DNA of 64,000 bases from positions 1 to 64,000 of IMG/VR virus record IMGVR_UViG_3300033179_000002; one strand, 5' to 3'. The stretch's first letter is position 1, and each line of letters begins with the position of its first letter. A program made the translations under genes and the position numbers. Shown here in pieces: positions 20,028-29,963 of this stretch. The notes beneath the pieces are model-generated. The model was not told the DNA's origin. It did no database searches and saw only the letters and a program-made list of their open reading frames with translations. The DNA is from a virus (taxonomy: Duplodnaviria; Caudoviricetes).

Positions 20028-20663
20028 ATGTCGGACCCCGTTCTGCCGCCGCATGTCGTCGGCGTCGACCTGTCCCTGACCGCCACCGGGCTCGCCTGGC
20101 CGGACCACCACACCGACAGCCTGGGCGCCACCGGGCTCACCAATCCGCGGATGTCCCTCGACGAGCGCGTCAGTGGCCTCGACGCCCTCGCCGAACGGCT
20201 GTACTACGCCATCACCGGCCGCCGGGCCATCTTCGACCACTGGCTGCCCCGGCTCGTCGTCATCGAAAACCTGCCGACCGGAGGCACCGCGGGTGGCGTG
20301 GTCAGCACCGAGAAAGGCTACGTGTGGTGGCGGGTCGTCTACCTGCTCACCGGCCTCGGCATCCCCGTCCTGGACGTCTCACCGGCCACGGGAAAGCTGT
20401 ACGCCTGCGGCATGGGCAACGCCAACAAGCGCGAGGTCATCGCAGGCATCCAGGAATTCTTCCCCGAGTGGGAGATCCACAAGACGAGCAAGGCCGGCAA
20501 GGTGCTGACCACGGTGGACGATAACAAGGCCGACGCCGTACCCCTCATGGCGCTGGGCTGTGAACTGCTCGGGGAACCCCTCGTGGAGCTGCCCGCCAAA
20601 CACCGCAAGGCCCTCGACAAGCTGGAGCTGCCGCCAGGGGTGCGCCGCCGAATTGACACATGA
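20028..20663 (+). CDS. ruvC: RuvC-like Holliday junction resolvase
   Basis: VVGVDLSLTATG, LVVIE, SPATGKLYACGMGNANK and DNKADA catalytic pattern. Confidence 0.85.
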   Translation: MSDPVLPPHVVGVDLSLTATGLAWPDHHTDSLGATGLTNPRMSLDERVSGLDALAERLYYAITGRRAIFDHWLPRLVVIENLPTGGTAGGVVSTEKGYVWWRVVYLLTGLGIPVLDVSPATGKLYACGMGNANKREVIAGIQEFFPEWEIHKTSKAGKVLTTVDDNKADAVPLMALGCELLGEPLVELPAKHRKALDKLELPPGVRRRIDT

Positions 20664-20681
20664 TGTGTCAGTTGATAGTCT
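20653..20681 (+). promoter_or_regulatory. Operator-promoter
   Basis: TTGACA-17-TAGTCT; palindrome at 20654-20670. Confidence 0.8.
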
Positions 20682-20708
20682 GGGGTCTCCACCAGCAAGG
20701 AGGCCCCA

Positions 20709-21248
20709 GTGCAGATCACCATCCCGCTCGACGGCATCGCGTTGCCGATCGTTTCCGCCACCCCCGCCAGGCCCCGCAACGCAGGCCCCCGCATCTGGAT
20801 CGACTCAAGCAAGCAGGGCGGCCGGTGCACCGTCAAGATCATGTTGACCGGCACCGACATGGATATGATCAACTTGATTGATCAGCTCCACCTCCTAATC
20901 CACGATCGGCAGGACATGCCCGCCGTGACCGCCCTGCATGACATGCTCTGCGACCGGACCTCCCTGGTCGCCCGCACGTGGCCCCCGACCCCGGCCGGGC
21001 GTTCGCGCGCCGACGAGGACTACCCGCAGGACGGCCGGGACCACGTCCACGGTCCCGCGATCCTGGAGCACCTGCAGCGCAAAGGCACCATCGACTTCCC
21101 TGACGACGACCCGCGCGCCGAGATGCTGTACAGCATGGCGGAATACATGCTGACCATCCAGCAGTACCGCGACTGGTCCGCCGCCCGGTACGCCGCACAG
21201 GTCCGGGCCGCTGCGGTCGTCGACAACAACGGCGAGAACGACACCTGA
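20709..21248 (+). CDS. Hypothetical protein
   Basis: AAGGAGG RBS downstream of the promoter. Confidence 0.6.
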   Translation: MQITIPLDGIALPIVSATPARPRNAGPRIWIDSSKQGGRCTVKIMLTGTDMDMINLIDQLHLLIHDRQDMPAVTALHDMLCDRTSLVARTWPPTPAGRSRADEDYPQDGRDHVHGPAILEHLQRKGTIDFPDDDPRAEMLYSMAEYMLTIQQYRDWSAARYAAQVRAAAVVDNNGENDT

Positions 21249-21253
21249 CCAAC

Positions 21254-21301
21254 ACGACAGCACCCCCGGCCGCCTACGCAGGTGACCGGGGGTGCTGTCG
21301 T
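21254..21301 (+). terminator. Long hairpin, terminator-like
   Basis: 16-bp perfect stem ACGACAGCACCCCCGG/CCGGGGGTGCTGTCGT. Confidence 0.55.
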
Positions 21302-21329
21302 CGGTACGCTGACGGCGGAGGTGATCGAC

Positions 21330-21515
21330 ATGCCCGGACGCCAGAAACACGGCCTGCCCAACGGCTTCGTCTCAAAAGCCCAATGGCGCTATTTCTTCGC
21401 AAACCCGCGCCTGCGCAAATACGCCAAAAAGGAAGCCCACAAGGTGATAGCCCGATGGGGGAAAGTATCCGGATACCGGGCACTTCCCCGCCGGAAAGGC
21501 GTCCGTCGACGCTGA
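21330..21515 (+). CDS. Small basic protein
   Basis: GGAGG RBS; FVSKAQWRYFFANP; strongly Lys/Arg-rich. Confidence 0.65.
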   Translation: MPGRQKHGLPNGFVSKAQWRYFFANPRLRKYAKKEAHKVIARWGKVSGYRALPRRKGVRRR

Positions 21516-21552
21516 ACGTTACCGCCGCCGCCCCACCGGGTACCACCAGGCC

Positions 21553-21699
21553 ATGACCATCCAACTCCTGCTCTGGATCATCGCCACCGTGCTCTTCACC
21601 GTCGCGACCTTCGCACCGGCGGCAGGAGCCCCGCGGTTCAACGTGCTCGCCGCGGGGCTTGCCTTCCTCGCCGCCGGCTTCGTCGCCGGGGCCCTCTAA
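21553..21699 (+). CDS. Small two-TM membrane protein (48 aa)
   Basis: Hand-translated: MTIQLLLWIIATVLFTVATFAPAAGAPRFNVLAAGLAFLAAGFVAGAL. Confidence 0.6.
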   Translation: MTIQLLLWIIATVLFTVATFAPAAGAPRFNVLAAGLAFLAAGFVAGAL

Positions 21700-22079
21700 A
21701 CCTCGTCGTCCGGCTCGACGTCAACCGGCACGGCATGGCGCGGCCCCTCGGCGGGCGGCAGCGGCTCGAACGCCGCCGGAGCATCCTCCAGGGCCGCCGG
21801 CACCTGCAGCGGCTCCCAGCTGGACGGCACCTGCAGCGGCTCCCAGCGGGACGGCACCTGCAGCGGCTCCCAGCGGGACGGCAGCGGTGTCAGCGTCGGG
21901 CCGTTGGCGACCATGACGGCGGCGTCGGCCGCCATCCGGAACGATTCACGCACCCGCTCCGGCATGTCCCCCCAGCGGTAAGACTCGCCGGCCACGTTCT
22001 GCGGATCACCCATCCCCCTCCGCCAGGCCTCATAGGCGGCCTGTCCCGCCAGTTCAAGCTTATGCCGGTCCAGGATCAT
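21696..22079 (-). CDS. Hypothetical protein with triple PSRWEPLQV repeat
   Basis: GGGGAG RBS; last gene of the minus-strand operon. Confidence 0.55.
   Translation of the reverse strand: MILDRHKLELAGQAAYEAWRRGMGDPQNVAGESYRWGDMPERVRESFRMAADAAVMVANGPTLTPLPSRWEPLQVPSRWEPLQVPSSWEPLQVPAALEDAPAAFEPLPPAEGPRHAVPVDVEPDDEV
21801..21881. repeat. 27-nt tandem repeat x3
   Basis: CACCTGCAGCGGCTCCCAGC(T/G)GGACGG at 21801, 21828 and 21855. Confidence 0.9.
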
Positions 22080-23340
22080 CGGTGCTCCCCTCGGTCGGTT
22101 CCTGCGTCTCGGGCGCCTGCCGCCCCTCGGGCGCCGGCATGCGCTCCGACTTCGAACCGTACCGGCCGTCAGGCTCGTCCGGGCTGTACGGCCGGTCGCG
22201 GTGCCACCAGACGTGCGGGCTGTCGATGTGCACCTTGAGCTCGCGGGTCTCGTATTCGTCGTACAGATCCTGTTCCCTGTGGCCGGTGCCGTCCGGCTCG
22301 CTGTCGAGGTCATGCGCCGACCGGGGGAACTTCGACACCCCCACCGGCTTGATCATGATGCAGCCCTGATCGAGCACTGTCGAGGTGATGACCGCCGGGG
22401 TCCGGTCATAGTAGATCCGGCGGCCGGTGAGCTGCTCCGCGAATGGCCGCGAATCCTGGAAGTCGAGCCCGGAGCAGCCGCCCTCGAAGCTGTTGTCGAG
22501 CAGTGCGGACACCTTGCGTTCGATCGCGCGCAGCGTGGCCGGCACGTCCCGGCCGATGTAGCCGCCGTAGACCGGCTGCCGGTTCAGCTTGATCAGCCAC
22601 TCCCCGCCGGGCTGAATCTCGTCGCGGCCCTTCCAGTCGTTGACCTCGCGCCGGTTGCTGGTGTGCAGCTCGACGTCGACCTGTACCTGGTGGCCGTCGA
22701 ACTGTGACCAGTGCGTGCCGTCGCCGGACACGTCGGCCCACCACCAGTTCCGGCGATTGCGGTTGAATTCGTCGGGACTGGCCATGGCCAGCTGAGCCGT
22801 CTTCGCCGGGCGGGGGAGCCCGTGCCAGCCCATGAACTTCTCCGGGTCGTGCTCGCCGAGCCAGTGATCGATCTGGGCTCGCGTCTGTGCCGGTGTGTCC
22901 ATGCCGTAGTGGCGGACCTCGGCCAGCAGCCGCCGCGCCTGCTCCAGCATGTACATCCCCCACTCCCGGTCCAGCTCCCGCGGCTCCGACACCTCGGCGT
23001 ACTGCGGTTTGCCGTTGAGGTTCAGGCCGTCGGGGACGTAGTGGTCGTTGCGGTCCCGGTAGGCGCGCTTGAAACCCTGCGCTTTGAAGGCCACGTCGGT
23101 GAGCCGGTTCAGCTCCCAGGCCCCGTCCTCGCCACGGACACCGGTGATCCACTCAGTGGGCCGGACATAGCAGGCCTGCCCGTCGCCGCAGGACAGCTCC
23201 AGCATGTCCGGGGCGCCGTCGGGGGACAGGTCGGGGAGAAGCTCGACCCGGTCGGCGCCGAAACGCTCCTGCAGCTCGGCGAGGTTATCGCCGGTCCACT
23301 GGATCGCCTCCAGCTCGACGGCCGGTGCGCGGTACCTCAC
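22060..23340 (-). CDS. Multidomain hypothetical protein
   Basis: N-terminal VELEAIQWTGDN motif common in phage proteins; GTGA coupling. Confidence 0.65.
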   Translation of the reverse strand: MRYRAPAVELEAIQWTGDNLAELQERFGADRVELLPDLSPDGAPDMLELSCGDGQACYVRPTEWITGVRGEDGAWELNRLTDVAFKAQGFKRAYRDRNDHYVPDGLNLNGKPQYAEVSEPRELDREWGMYMLEQARRLLAEVRHYGMDTPAQTRAQIDHWLGEHDPEKFMGWHGLPRPAKTAQLAMASPDEFNRNRRNWWWADVSGDGTHWSQFDGHQVQVDVELHTSNRREVNDWKGRDEIQPGGEWLIKLNRQPVYGGYIGRDVPATLRAIERKVSALLDNSFEGGCSGLDFQDSRPFAEQLTGRRIYYDRTPAVITSTVLDQGCIMIKPVGVSKFPRSAHDLDSEPDGTGHREQDLYDEYETRELKVHIDSPHVWWHRDRPYSPDEPDGRYGSKSERMPAPEGRQAPETQEPTEGSTDDPGPA

Positions 23341-23528
23341 GCCAGATCACCGCGCCGGATACGCGCCACCAGTGCCTTGCCGATGACGGTAGCCCGGGTG
23401 TCGTCGAATACGCCGGTGGGCGTCTCCGTCCAGCACATCGAAGCACCGCCGAGCGCCTCGAACACCGCGGTTTCTACCGTCAGCGGCTCGCCCTCACGCT
23501 CCGTGAATTCGAACGTCTGTTCGTCCAT
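23337..23528 (-). CDS. Small hypothetical protein
   Basis: GGGAGG RBS; MDEQTFEFTEREGEPL. Confidence 0.55.
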   Translation of the reverse strand: MDEQTFEFTEREGEPLTVETAVFEALGGASMCWTETPTGVFDDTRATVIGKALVARIRRGDLA

Positions 23529-23529
23529 G

Positions 23530-24243
23530 TCAGCCTCCCAGGTTGTGATCATCGGTGAAACCTTCAGGTGCGCGCCAGTGCCCGTATTGGGCGTGCGCGG
23601 CGTAATACGCCTGCTCGACCGTCGGATTGGCGCTGTCCTCATACCAGGGCAGATGCCGGGCCACATACGGGGGCCGCATCCGCAACGCCGTGCCGGTCGT
23701 GAACGGCTCAAACCACCGGTACATGGCCAGCGTCGTATCAATGTCGGCGACCACCGCCCGGCCGTCAGCCGGCGTGAAATCGGCAAGACCGCCATCCTCG
23801 ACCGCCTGATATTTGCGCTCCCACTCCCGCACCGTGCCGGCATGCTCGAAGCGGTCGGGCAGGTCGTCGGTGCGCAGCCCCAACCCGGCCTTACGCGCCG
23901 ACGGCAGCCGGTCGAGTAGCGCGCCGAGCTGTTTGACCCAGTCGCCGGGACAGCCCTCATCCGGCACCACATCGCAGTCGGTGACAATGAACCGCTCCCC
24001 GGCGGACACCCGGCATTCGATGACTCCGCCAGGTGTCCAGAGGTCGCGGGGATGCCGGTTCGGCCACCACGACACCTCAAACGCCGCCGAGCTCTCGACA
24101 TCATGGGCGCACAGCCAGTCGAGCATAGGCTGATACGTCGAACCATGATCGACGGCGACGACATCCAGACCGGCCAGCCACATTGCCTCAATGCACCGCC
24201 GCGCATACGTCACGCGGTCCCTGCAGATAACGAACGCCTTCAA
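23530..24243 (-). CDS. Glycosyltransferase, GT-A/GT2-like
   Basis: ICRDRVTY...VDHGSTY...VTDCD (DxD)...ADIDTT...RHLPWY. Confidence 0.8.
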   Translation of the reverse strand: MKAFVICRDRVTYARRCIEAMWLAGLDVVAVDHGSTYQPMLDWLCAHDVESSAAFEVSWWPNRHPRDLWTPGGVIECRVSAGERFIVTDCDVVPDEGCPGDWVKQLGALLDRLPSARKAGLGLRTDDLPDRFEHAGTVREWERKYQAVEDGGLADFTPADGRAVVADIDTTLAMYRWFEPFTTGTALRMRPPYVARHLPWYEDSANPTVEQAYYAAHAQYGHWRAPEGFTDDHNLGG

Positions 24244-24255
24244 TGTCTTCCCTTC

Positions 24256-24888
24256 CTACTGTGCCGGCATGGCGTTGGGGCCGTCACCAAGATGCGGATG
24301 ACCCGACGTGTTGGCGCTGTGCACCCGGTATGTCCACGTCACCTCGCCGGTGCCGACAAACCGCGCACCGAGATCACGCAACCCGAGAATCATCCGCCAG
24401 TCCTCCCCCGACCAGTCGACATGCAGGGCGTCACCGGCAAACCCGACCCGCTTCGCCAACTCGGTGCGGACCGTTAACGTCATCGTCAGATGATGCGGAT
24501 CAGCCGGATCGAACCGGCGCCCCCGATGCATCGGAAAAGGATCATTGCCGTCGAACCAGCTGTAGGCGACATCGGCGCCCGACTCATGCAGCAGATCACA
24601 ATGCGTCTGCAGGTGATGCGGATACCAGACGTCATCGCTATCCAGGAAAGACACCCATTCGGTGTCAACCCCGTCAAGGGCACGCTGCCGGGTGAACGCC
24701 GCCCCCCGCCCCTCCAGGTCGCAGGCGATCGACAGGCCACCCGACGGCTGCACCGTCTGGCGGAAAACACTCGCCACCGCCTGACCCAGCAGCGATCCGC
24801 CGTCGAACGCGTCACCGCGGGCCGGATGGGTGGGGATCGCCACCGTCACCGGCACCACCGTCCGGCCGGCCACATCGAACGACACCAT
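24256..24888 (-). CDS. Glycosyltransferase, GT2
   Basis: VTVAIPTH...AVASVFRQT...WVSFLDSDD...GEDW. Confidence 0.85.
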   Translation of the reverse strand: MVSFDVAGRTVVPVTVAIPTHPARGDAFDGGSLLGQAVASVFRQTVQPSGGLSIACDLEGRGAAFTRQRALDGVDTEWVSFLDSDDVWYPHHLQTHCDLLHESGADVAYSWFDGNDPFPMHRGRRFDPADPHHLTMTLTVRTELAKRVGFAGDALHVDWSGEDWRMILGLRDLGARFVGTGEVTWTYRVHSANTSGHPHLGDGPNAMPAQ

Positions 24889-24914
24889 GCGATGCGCCTC
24901 GAATCCCGCGGCCG

Positions 24915-26156
24915 TCACAGCAGCACCGGCGCCGGAAACGGCACCAGCCACTGACCACCGGTGGTCGTGAACCGCGCCTCCTGGCGCATGATCGGCCCCG
25001 CATAGTTCCACGCCGACAGCAGATAAACGTCGGGCCGCCCGGCATCCCCGGACACCGGCGCCACGATCGGAATCGACGTACCCGGCAGATAGCGGCCCTG
25101 CTTCGCCGTCGTCGTGTCCTGGATCCAGGCGATATCCTCCACGTCGAGATCGCAGAACGCGGCAAGCGTGGTCAGCTTCGCCGGGGCACCGTAGGCCGCC
25201 TTCGTCCGGCCCAGCAGACCCGACAGGAGATCCCACAACCGCTCCCGCACCTGCTCCGCGCGGCCCTGCATGCCGGCATAGGTCGCCGGTTCAGTCAGCC
25301 AGCGTTCCCGTGCTATACAGCGGACACCGGCATGTTGGATGTCGGCGTCGGCGCCAGGCCGGAACCAGGCCCGCAGCGAACCGCCCTGCCTCCCCGTGGT
25401 CAGATGCGTGTCGTACACGAGACCGTGCCGTCCGGCGGCGGCGCACAGCGATGCGAGGGAGAAAAAGTTGCGGTGCTCGTGATAGATGAGATCGAAAGCG
25501 TTGTTGAGCAACAGATCCGGCAGATACTGCACCTCGAACACGGCCCGGCCGTCGTCGGCCAGGAGATGCCGGACCCCGGCCAGGAAGTCTGAGACATCCT
25601 CGACGTGGGCCAGGACATGGTTTGCGACAACCAGATCGGCGGGACCGCGGGTGCTGCGCAGCGTCTCCGCGGTCGACAGCCCGAACGGCTCACCGACGAC
25701 GTCGAGTCCACGACTGCGGGCCACGGCAACCGGGCCGGCCGCCGGGTCGACACCGTATGCGCAGACCCCGGCGGCCACGAAATGCCGCAGCATGTCGCCG
25801 TCGTTGCAGCCGATCTCGACGACACTGCGCCCGGGCGCGAGCATGGCAAGATCGTCGTCGTTGATCAGGTCCCGGGCGTAGTCGGCGTGGTAGGCGGACA
25901 GCGGCGCCGACGCCGAACTGTGGAAGCTGTAGCCGGTACCGAACAGGGTCTTGCCGTCAAGGATGTCGACGAGCTGCACCAGCCGGCACGAGGCGCATAC
26001 CGCGGCGCGCAGCGGAAACCGCTCCACCTGGCTCCCCGGGAGCCTGGCCGGATGGATGGTGTAGGCGTCGGCGACCGGCGACATCCCCAGGTCCAGGAAC
26101 AGGTCGAGGCCGGTTGAGCCGCAGGCGGTACACGCCCTACGGACGGTGTGGGTCAT
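24915..26156 (-). CDS. NDP-sugar C-methyltransferase (Zn-binding N-domain, SAM domain, C-terminal domain)
   Basis: CTACGS..LDLG.SPVAD, CASCRLVQL, EIGCNDG, NHVLAHV, IYHEH, YGAPAK, KQGRYLPGTSIPI, AWNY. Confidence 0.9.
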   Translation of the reverse strand: MTHTVRRACTACGSTGLDLFLDLGMSPVADAYTIHPARLPGSQVERFPLRAAVCASCRLVQLVDILDGKTLFGTGYSFHSSASAPLSAYHADYARDLINDDDLAMLAPGRSVVEIGCNDGDMLRHFVAAGVCAYGVDPAAGPVAVARSRGLDVVGEPFGLSTAETLRSTRGPADLVVANHVLAHVEDVSDFLAGVRHLLADDGRAVFEVQYLPDLLLNNAFDLIYHEHRNFFSLASLCAAAGRHGLVYDTHLTTGRQGGSLRAWFRPGADADIQHAGVRCIARERWLTEPATYAGMQGRAEQVRERLWDLLSGLLGRTKAAYGAPAKLTTLAAFCDLDVEDIAWIQDTTTAKQGRYLPGTSIPIVAPVSGDAGRPDVYLLSAWNYAGPIMRQEARFTTTGGQWLVPFPAPVLL

Positions 26157-26722
26157 GCGGAAACCTCCACGGAAAGTGTTGGCGCACCGGCAGCACTGAC
26201 GGCACTGACGGCGCTGACGGCGCACTGCCACAGCGGCGCCCGGTCGGCGACCGGCCACCCGGCCGGCACGTGTTCGATGCCGACGTCGGACACCCCGGAC
26301 CAGCCGGCCCGGTCGAGCATCATCGCGACGATGGCGGCATTGCATTCCCACAGATGCTCATCCCCCGGCCAGCGGTGCCCGCCGTGACGCAGCGAGTCGA
26401 GGGTGTGCCCCCACCGGAAATCGAACGTTCCGGCATCTATCATCATCTCTGCCTTGATGAGGTCGGGGCCGACCACCATGATCTGACCGCCGGGGGCCAT
26501 CAGCGGCAGCAGCCGGACCAGCAGATCACCGCAGTCCGCGATTGACAGGTGCTCCAGCACATGGCCGGCATAGATGTGGGTCACCGACCCGGCTGACCAC
26601 GGCAGGGGCGCGGTCGACTGGGCCAGGTTCAGGGCGACATCCTTGTGGTGCGGCGAGCCTTCGTGGTCGACGTTGGTCCAGCCGTCGGCGTACCGGTCCC
26701 CACACCCCAGGTTGAGTTTCAC
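26153..26722 (-). CDS. Class I SAM-dependent methyltransferase
   Basis: KLNLGCG...GWTNVD...HVLEHL...LMAPGG. Confidence 0.85.
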   Translation of the reverse strand: MKLNLGCGDRYADGWTNVDHEGSPHHKDVALNLAQSTAPLPWSAGSVTHIYAGHVLEHLSIADCGDLLVRLLPLMAPGGQIMVVGPDLIKAEMMIDAGTFDFRWGHTLDSLRHGGHRWPGDEHLWECNAAIVAMMLDRAGWSGVSDVGIEHVPAGWPVADRAPLWQCAVSAVSAVSAAGAPTLSVEVSA

Positions 26723-27357
26723 TGCTCCCCTTCCGGGCACGGGACGCCGTGCCATTTCTGCTGAAACATGTGTTCCCCGTGTGCCCACGCCTCGGCGCTG
26801 GCCTGCGACTTGAAACCCAGATCGACATGATGAAATGTGTCGATGTCGGCGACGACGTTGCGTCTGCCGGCCGCCCACGCGGTCATGCACACTTCGTCGT
26901 AGGAATGGAAGCCCGGGAAGCGTTCATCGAAGCGCACATGCCGGACCGCCCACGGGGAGAAGGCCAGGATGCTGCCCTCCAGGATGGCGACATCCCCGGT
27001 GCGCGGGCCGAAGTCGAGCATCCGCCCGTTGATCTGCTGATGCCCGACGGTGGGCCCGTTCCACCATGCGAGGCTGGCATCGCTGGTGCCGCCGCAGACG
27101 CCGACGAGCGCAACATTGGGGCCCGCAAGGGCTTCCAGGAGTTTCGCCTCCGCGTCCGGGTCGACGATTTCCAGGTCGTCGTGCAGCAGCACCACCGGCC
27201 CGTCACCGCCGGCCGCGTATCCATCGAGGATGGTGTTGTAGGCGACGGCGATCGAGGACTGGTTGTCCAGGCCGACGAATTCGCGGCCTTCAACCCGGGG
27301 GGCGACCCAGCGGGCGATACGCTCCCAGGAGCCGACGCAGGCGCCATAGCGGATCAC
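26719..27357 (-). CDS. Glycosyltransferase-like protein (GT2-like)
   Basis: SIAVAYN...VVLLHDD...FDERFPGFHSYD. Confidence 0.75.
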   Translation of the reverse strand: MIRYGACVGSWERIARWVAPRVEGREFVGLDNQSSIAVAYNTILDGYAAGGDGPVVLLHDDLEIVDPDAEAKLLEALAGPNVALVGVCGGTSDASLAWWNGPTVGHQQINGRMLDFGPRTGDVAILEGSILAFSPWAVRHVRFDERFPGFHSYDEVCMTAWAAGRRNVVADIDTFHHVDLGFKSQASAEAWAHGEHMFQQKWHGVPCPEGEQ

Positions 27358-28082
27358 CACGGGTTGAATCCCCAAACCTCGCGGAAGGTTTCCCGGTCCC
27401 GGCCGGCCTGCTCGGCGAGCGCGCCGACAGTACTGGAGTTGGCGCCGGTGTTGGCGACGATCGGACCCGGCACAGTGAGCACTCCGCCAAGCTTGCGTGC
27501 CGTGAAATCCCAGGAAGTGTCCCCCCACCACCACCTGAGCCTCTCATCGGCCCGCTGGTCGAGCTCGCCGCGGGCCACAAACGCCCACGGCGTCATCCGG
27601 CTCCACAGGTCGCTGTCCGGTTCCGTCTTCAGCACCGGCCCCGGAATTCGGGCATATGCCGGGGTGCAGGCCACCGCCGCGGTCGGGTGGCCGCGCAGCG
27701 CCCCCGACACGACATTCCACCAGCCGGCCGGGACGTCGGCGTCATCGTTGAACACGGCCACATCATGGCCGGCGTAGTCGCCGCCGCGGACGTACTCCCG
27801 GGCGGCGTTGAGGCCGACATTCCACAGCCGGGACAGGTTCGGCGGCTGTTCCTCATCCCGGATGACGAACACCCGCACACCGAGCAGGAAGGTTCCCGGG
27901 GCCGCCGGGTCTTCCCGGCCCTGCGCGGGCCAACGCTCCGGCAGCTCGACCGGCGGCGTGGAAGCGTTGTCGATCACGAACACCGCATGGCACTGCGGGG
28001 CGATCGCATCAAGCAGCCGGGCGAGCTCGACAGGACGGTTGTGTGTCGGCACCACGGCGACACGGGGAAGCGGATCCATCAT
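27354..28082 (-). CDS. Glycosyltransferase, GT2
   Basis: VVPTHNR...VIDNAS...NLSRLWNVG...VFNDD...WWWGD. Confidence 0.85.
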   Translation of the reverse strand: MMDPLPRVAVVPTHNRPVELARLLDAIAPQCHAVFVIDNASTPPVELPERWPAQGREDPAAPGTFLLGVRVFVIRDEEQPPNLSRLWNVGLNAAREYVRGGDYAGHDVAVFNDDADVPAGWWNVVSGALRGHPTAAVACTPAYARIPGPVLKTEPDSDLWSRMTPWAFVARGELDQRADERLRWWWGDTSWDFTARKLGGVLTVPGPIVANTGANSSTVGALAEQAGRDRETFREVWGFNPW

Positions 28083-28759
28083 GATTTCCCTCCCGGGAAC
28101 GAGTCCGGCGGCATCAGGTCCAGCAGGGGCGAGCCCGGTGGGTTCGGTGGTTTCGGCGGCGTACGCGGAGCGTGCGGGTCGTCGATCAGCTTGCCGCCGA
28201 ACCGCGCCCACTCCCGCAACTCGTGATCCTCAAAATCCCGGAGCGCCTCCAGCCAGAAGTTTCGGAAGAACTCGCGGCGCTCCTCCCGCGACCAGCCGTA
28301 ACCCAGCTCACAGACCGGCTCCGGCACCGGATGCCGGCTGACAACCTTGACCTCTTTGCGCTGCATTGGCCGCTGCGTCCAATGCACCCCGGGGCCGTCC
28401 ACGTCCTGGCGGGAATCCGGCACCTTCGCATGCAAGATCAACACCGGCACCCCCACCCACTGTCGGTTGAACGGCTCCAGGTTGCTGACGAGTATCCCCC
28501 GACGTTCCCTCGGTGGCGGCGGGTCGATCCGCATCGTCACCCCGGGCTTGTAGCTGTACTGCCGCAACTCCCGGCGCAGCGCAGCAACAACCCGGTCGTT
28601 GTGACCCTCCCAGTCGGCGATCCGGTCGCTGTACCGCTTGTTGTGGCGGTCGTCGAGATGGTCGAGCGCCCACGGGTCATCCTCCGAGGCGTAGGCGACC
28701 GGCATGAAGCTGTACGGCTCCCGGGGGAACAGGTCTGCATAGTCGTCGTCGTAGGGCAA
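28079..28759 (-). CDS. Hypothetical protein
   Basis: TTG start after CCACCACGGAG; ATGA coupling to the next gene. Confidence 0.55.
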   Translation of the reverse strand: MPYDDDYADLFPREPYSFMPVAYASEDDPWALDHLDDRHNKRYSDRIADWEGHNDRVVAALRRELRQYSYKPGVTMRIDPPPPRERRGILVSNLEPFNRQWVGVPVLILHAKVPDSRQDVDGPGVHWTQRPMQRKEVKVVSRHPVPEPVCELGYGWSREERREFFRNFWLEALRDFEDHELREWARFGGKLIDDPHAPRTPPKPPNPPGSPLLDLMPPDSFPGGKS

Positions 28760-28808
28760 GGCGCACACTCCGTGGTGGTGGTCGGGTCTGCCGGTCGAGC
28801 GGTCCGGG

Positions 28809-29903
28809 TCAGGTCTGCAGGGTGCGGTACGCGTCGACCCACCGATGGGCGGTCGCCTCGACACTCCAGGCGACCGCGGCCAGCCGGCCCGCCTCGCCCA
28901 TCGTGCGGCGCAGCCCCGGATCGGCGAACGCGCGCAGCGCCTCCAGCCACTCCTCCGGGGTGTCGACGAGGAAGCCGTCAACACCGTGCCGCACCCACGG
29001 CCGGTATGCGGGCACATTCGAGGCCACCACCGGGATGCCGAGGGCAAGACTCTCCTGGACGCGCAACCCCGACTTCGAGCGGTTGAACGTGGTGTCGGCA
29101 AGGGGGGCGAGAGTGACGTCGAACTTCGACACCCGCTTGTAGTACGCGCTGATGTCCGTCGTCCAGCCGAGGGCGTCGATCCGGTCCACCGCCACCCCGC
29201 GCGACACCAGCCTTCCCCAGTGCGGGGTGCCGAGGAAGCGGAGCTGGGATACGCCGTCCGTGGTCAGCAACTGGAACATGGCCTCCTCGGCCTGCAGCCA
29301 GTCCTGATGATGGGTGGCGGAACCCTGCCAGCCGTAGACGATCCGGCCGGCATCCTTGCCGCGCCGCGACGGCGCCGGAATGTCGAAGACCTCGGCGCGC
29401 ACCGCGTTGGGGATGACGGCAACGTTGCGGTTCCACTGGCGCAGCACCGCGGCGAGGGGTTCCGTGGTGACGGTCACCAGGTCCGCGGCCCGCAGGTTGT
29501 CGATCATGTTGGTGCGCACTGCCGGAATGTGGAACATCTCCGCGTGCGGGTTCACTGTCGGGTCGATGTTGAACAGGTCATCGTCGACCTCATACACCAT
29601 CCGGCGCCGGCCCTGCCGTTTCGCCTCCGCGCACAGCAGCTGCCACATCGCCGACGGGGGTGCGGTCGCGAGACGCTGCCCGACGATGACATCGGCGTCT
29701 TCGCGGGCCTCGGCGTCCATGCGCTGGCTGATCCGCACCTCGTGGCCGAGGCGGGACAGCTCAGCACCCGGGATCTTGATCCGGTAGGTTGCGCACCCGT
29801 CCTCCAGGTTCGCCGGCCAGAAGAAGATCTTGAGCGGCCTCTCCGGGGGCGCGGCGGGGCGCAGCCGGTCGGCGAGCCGCACAACCTCGGGGGTGGCCGT
29901 CAT
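28809..29903 (-). CDS. Glycosyltransferase, GT-B (GT4-like)
   Basis: YEVDDD, ADLVTVTT, VIPNAV, APLADTTFNRSKS..E...GIPVVAS. Confidence 0.88.
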   Translation of the reverse strand: MTATPEVVRLADRLRPAAPPERPLKIFFWPANLEDGCATYRIKIPGAELSRLGHEVRISQRMDAEAREDADVIVGQRLATAPPSAMWQLLCAEAKRQGRRRMVYEVDDDLFNIDPTVNPHAEMFHIPAVRTNMIDNLRAADLVTVTTEPLAAVLRQWNRNVAVIPNAVRAEVFDIPAPSRRGKDAGRIVYGWQGSATHHQDWLQAEEAMFQLLTTDGVSQLRFLGTPHWGRLVSRGVAVDRIDALGWTTDISAYYKRVSKFDVTLAPLADTTFNRSKSGLRVQESLALGIPVVASNVPAYRPWVRHGVDGFLVDTPEEWLEALRAFADPGLRRTMGEAGRLAAVAWSVEATAHRWVDAYRTLQT

Positions 29904-29963
29904 CGTGTCCTCCATCAGGGGTGGGCCGGGGCCTGAGTCCAACAGGTCCCGGCCCATGATCTC

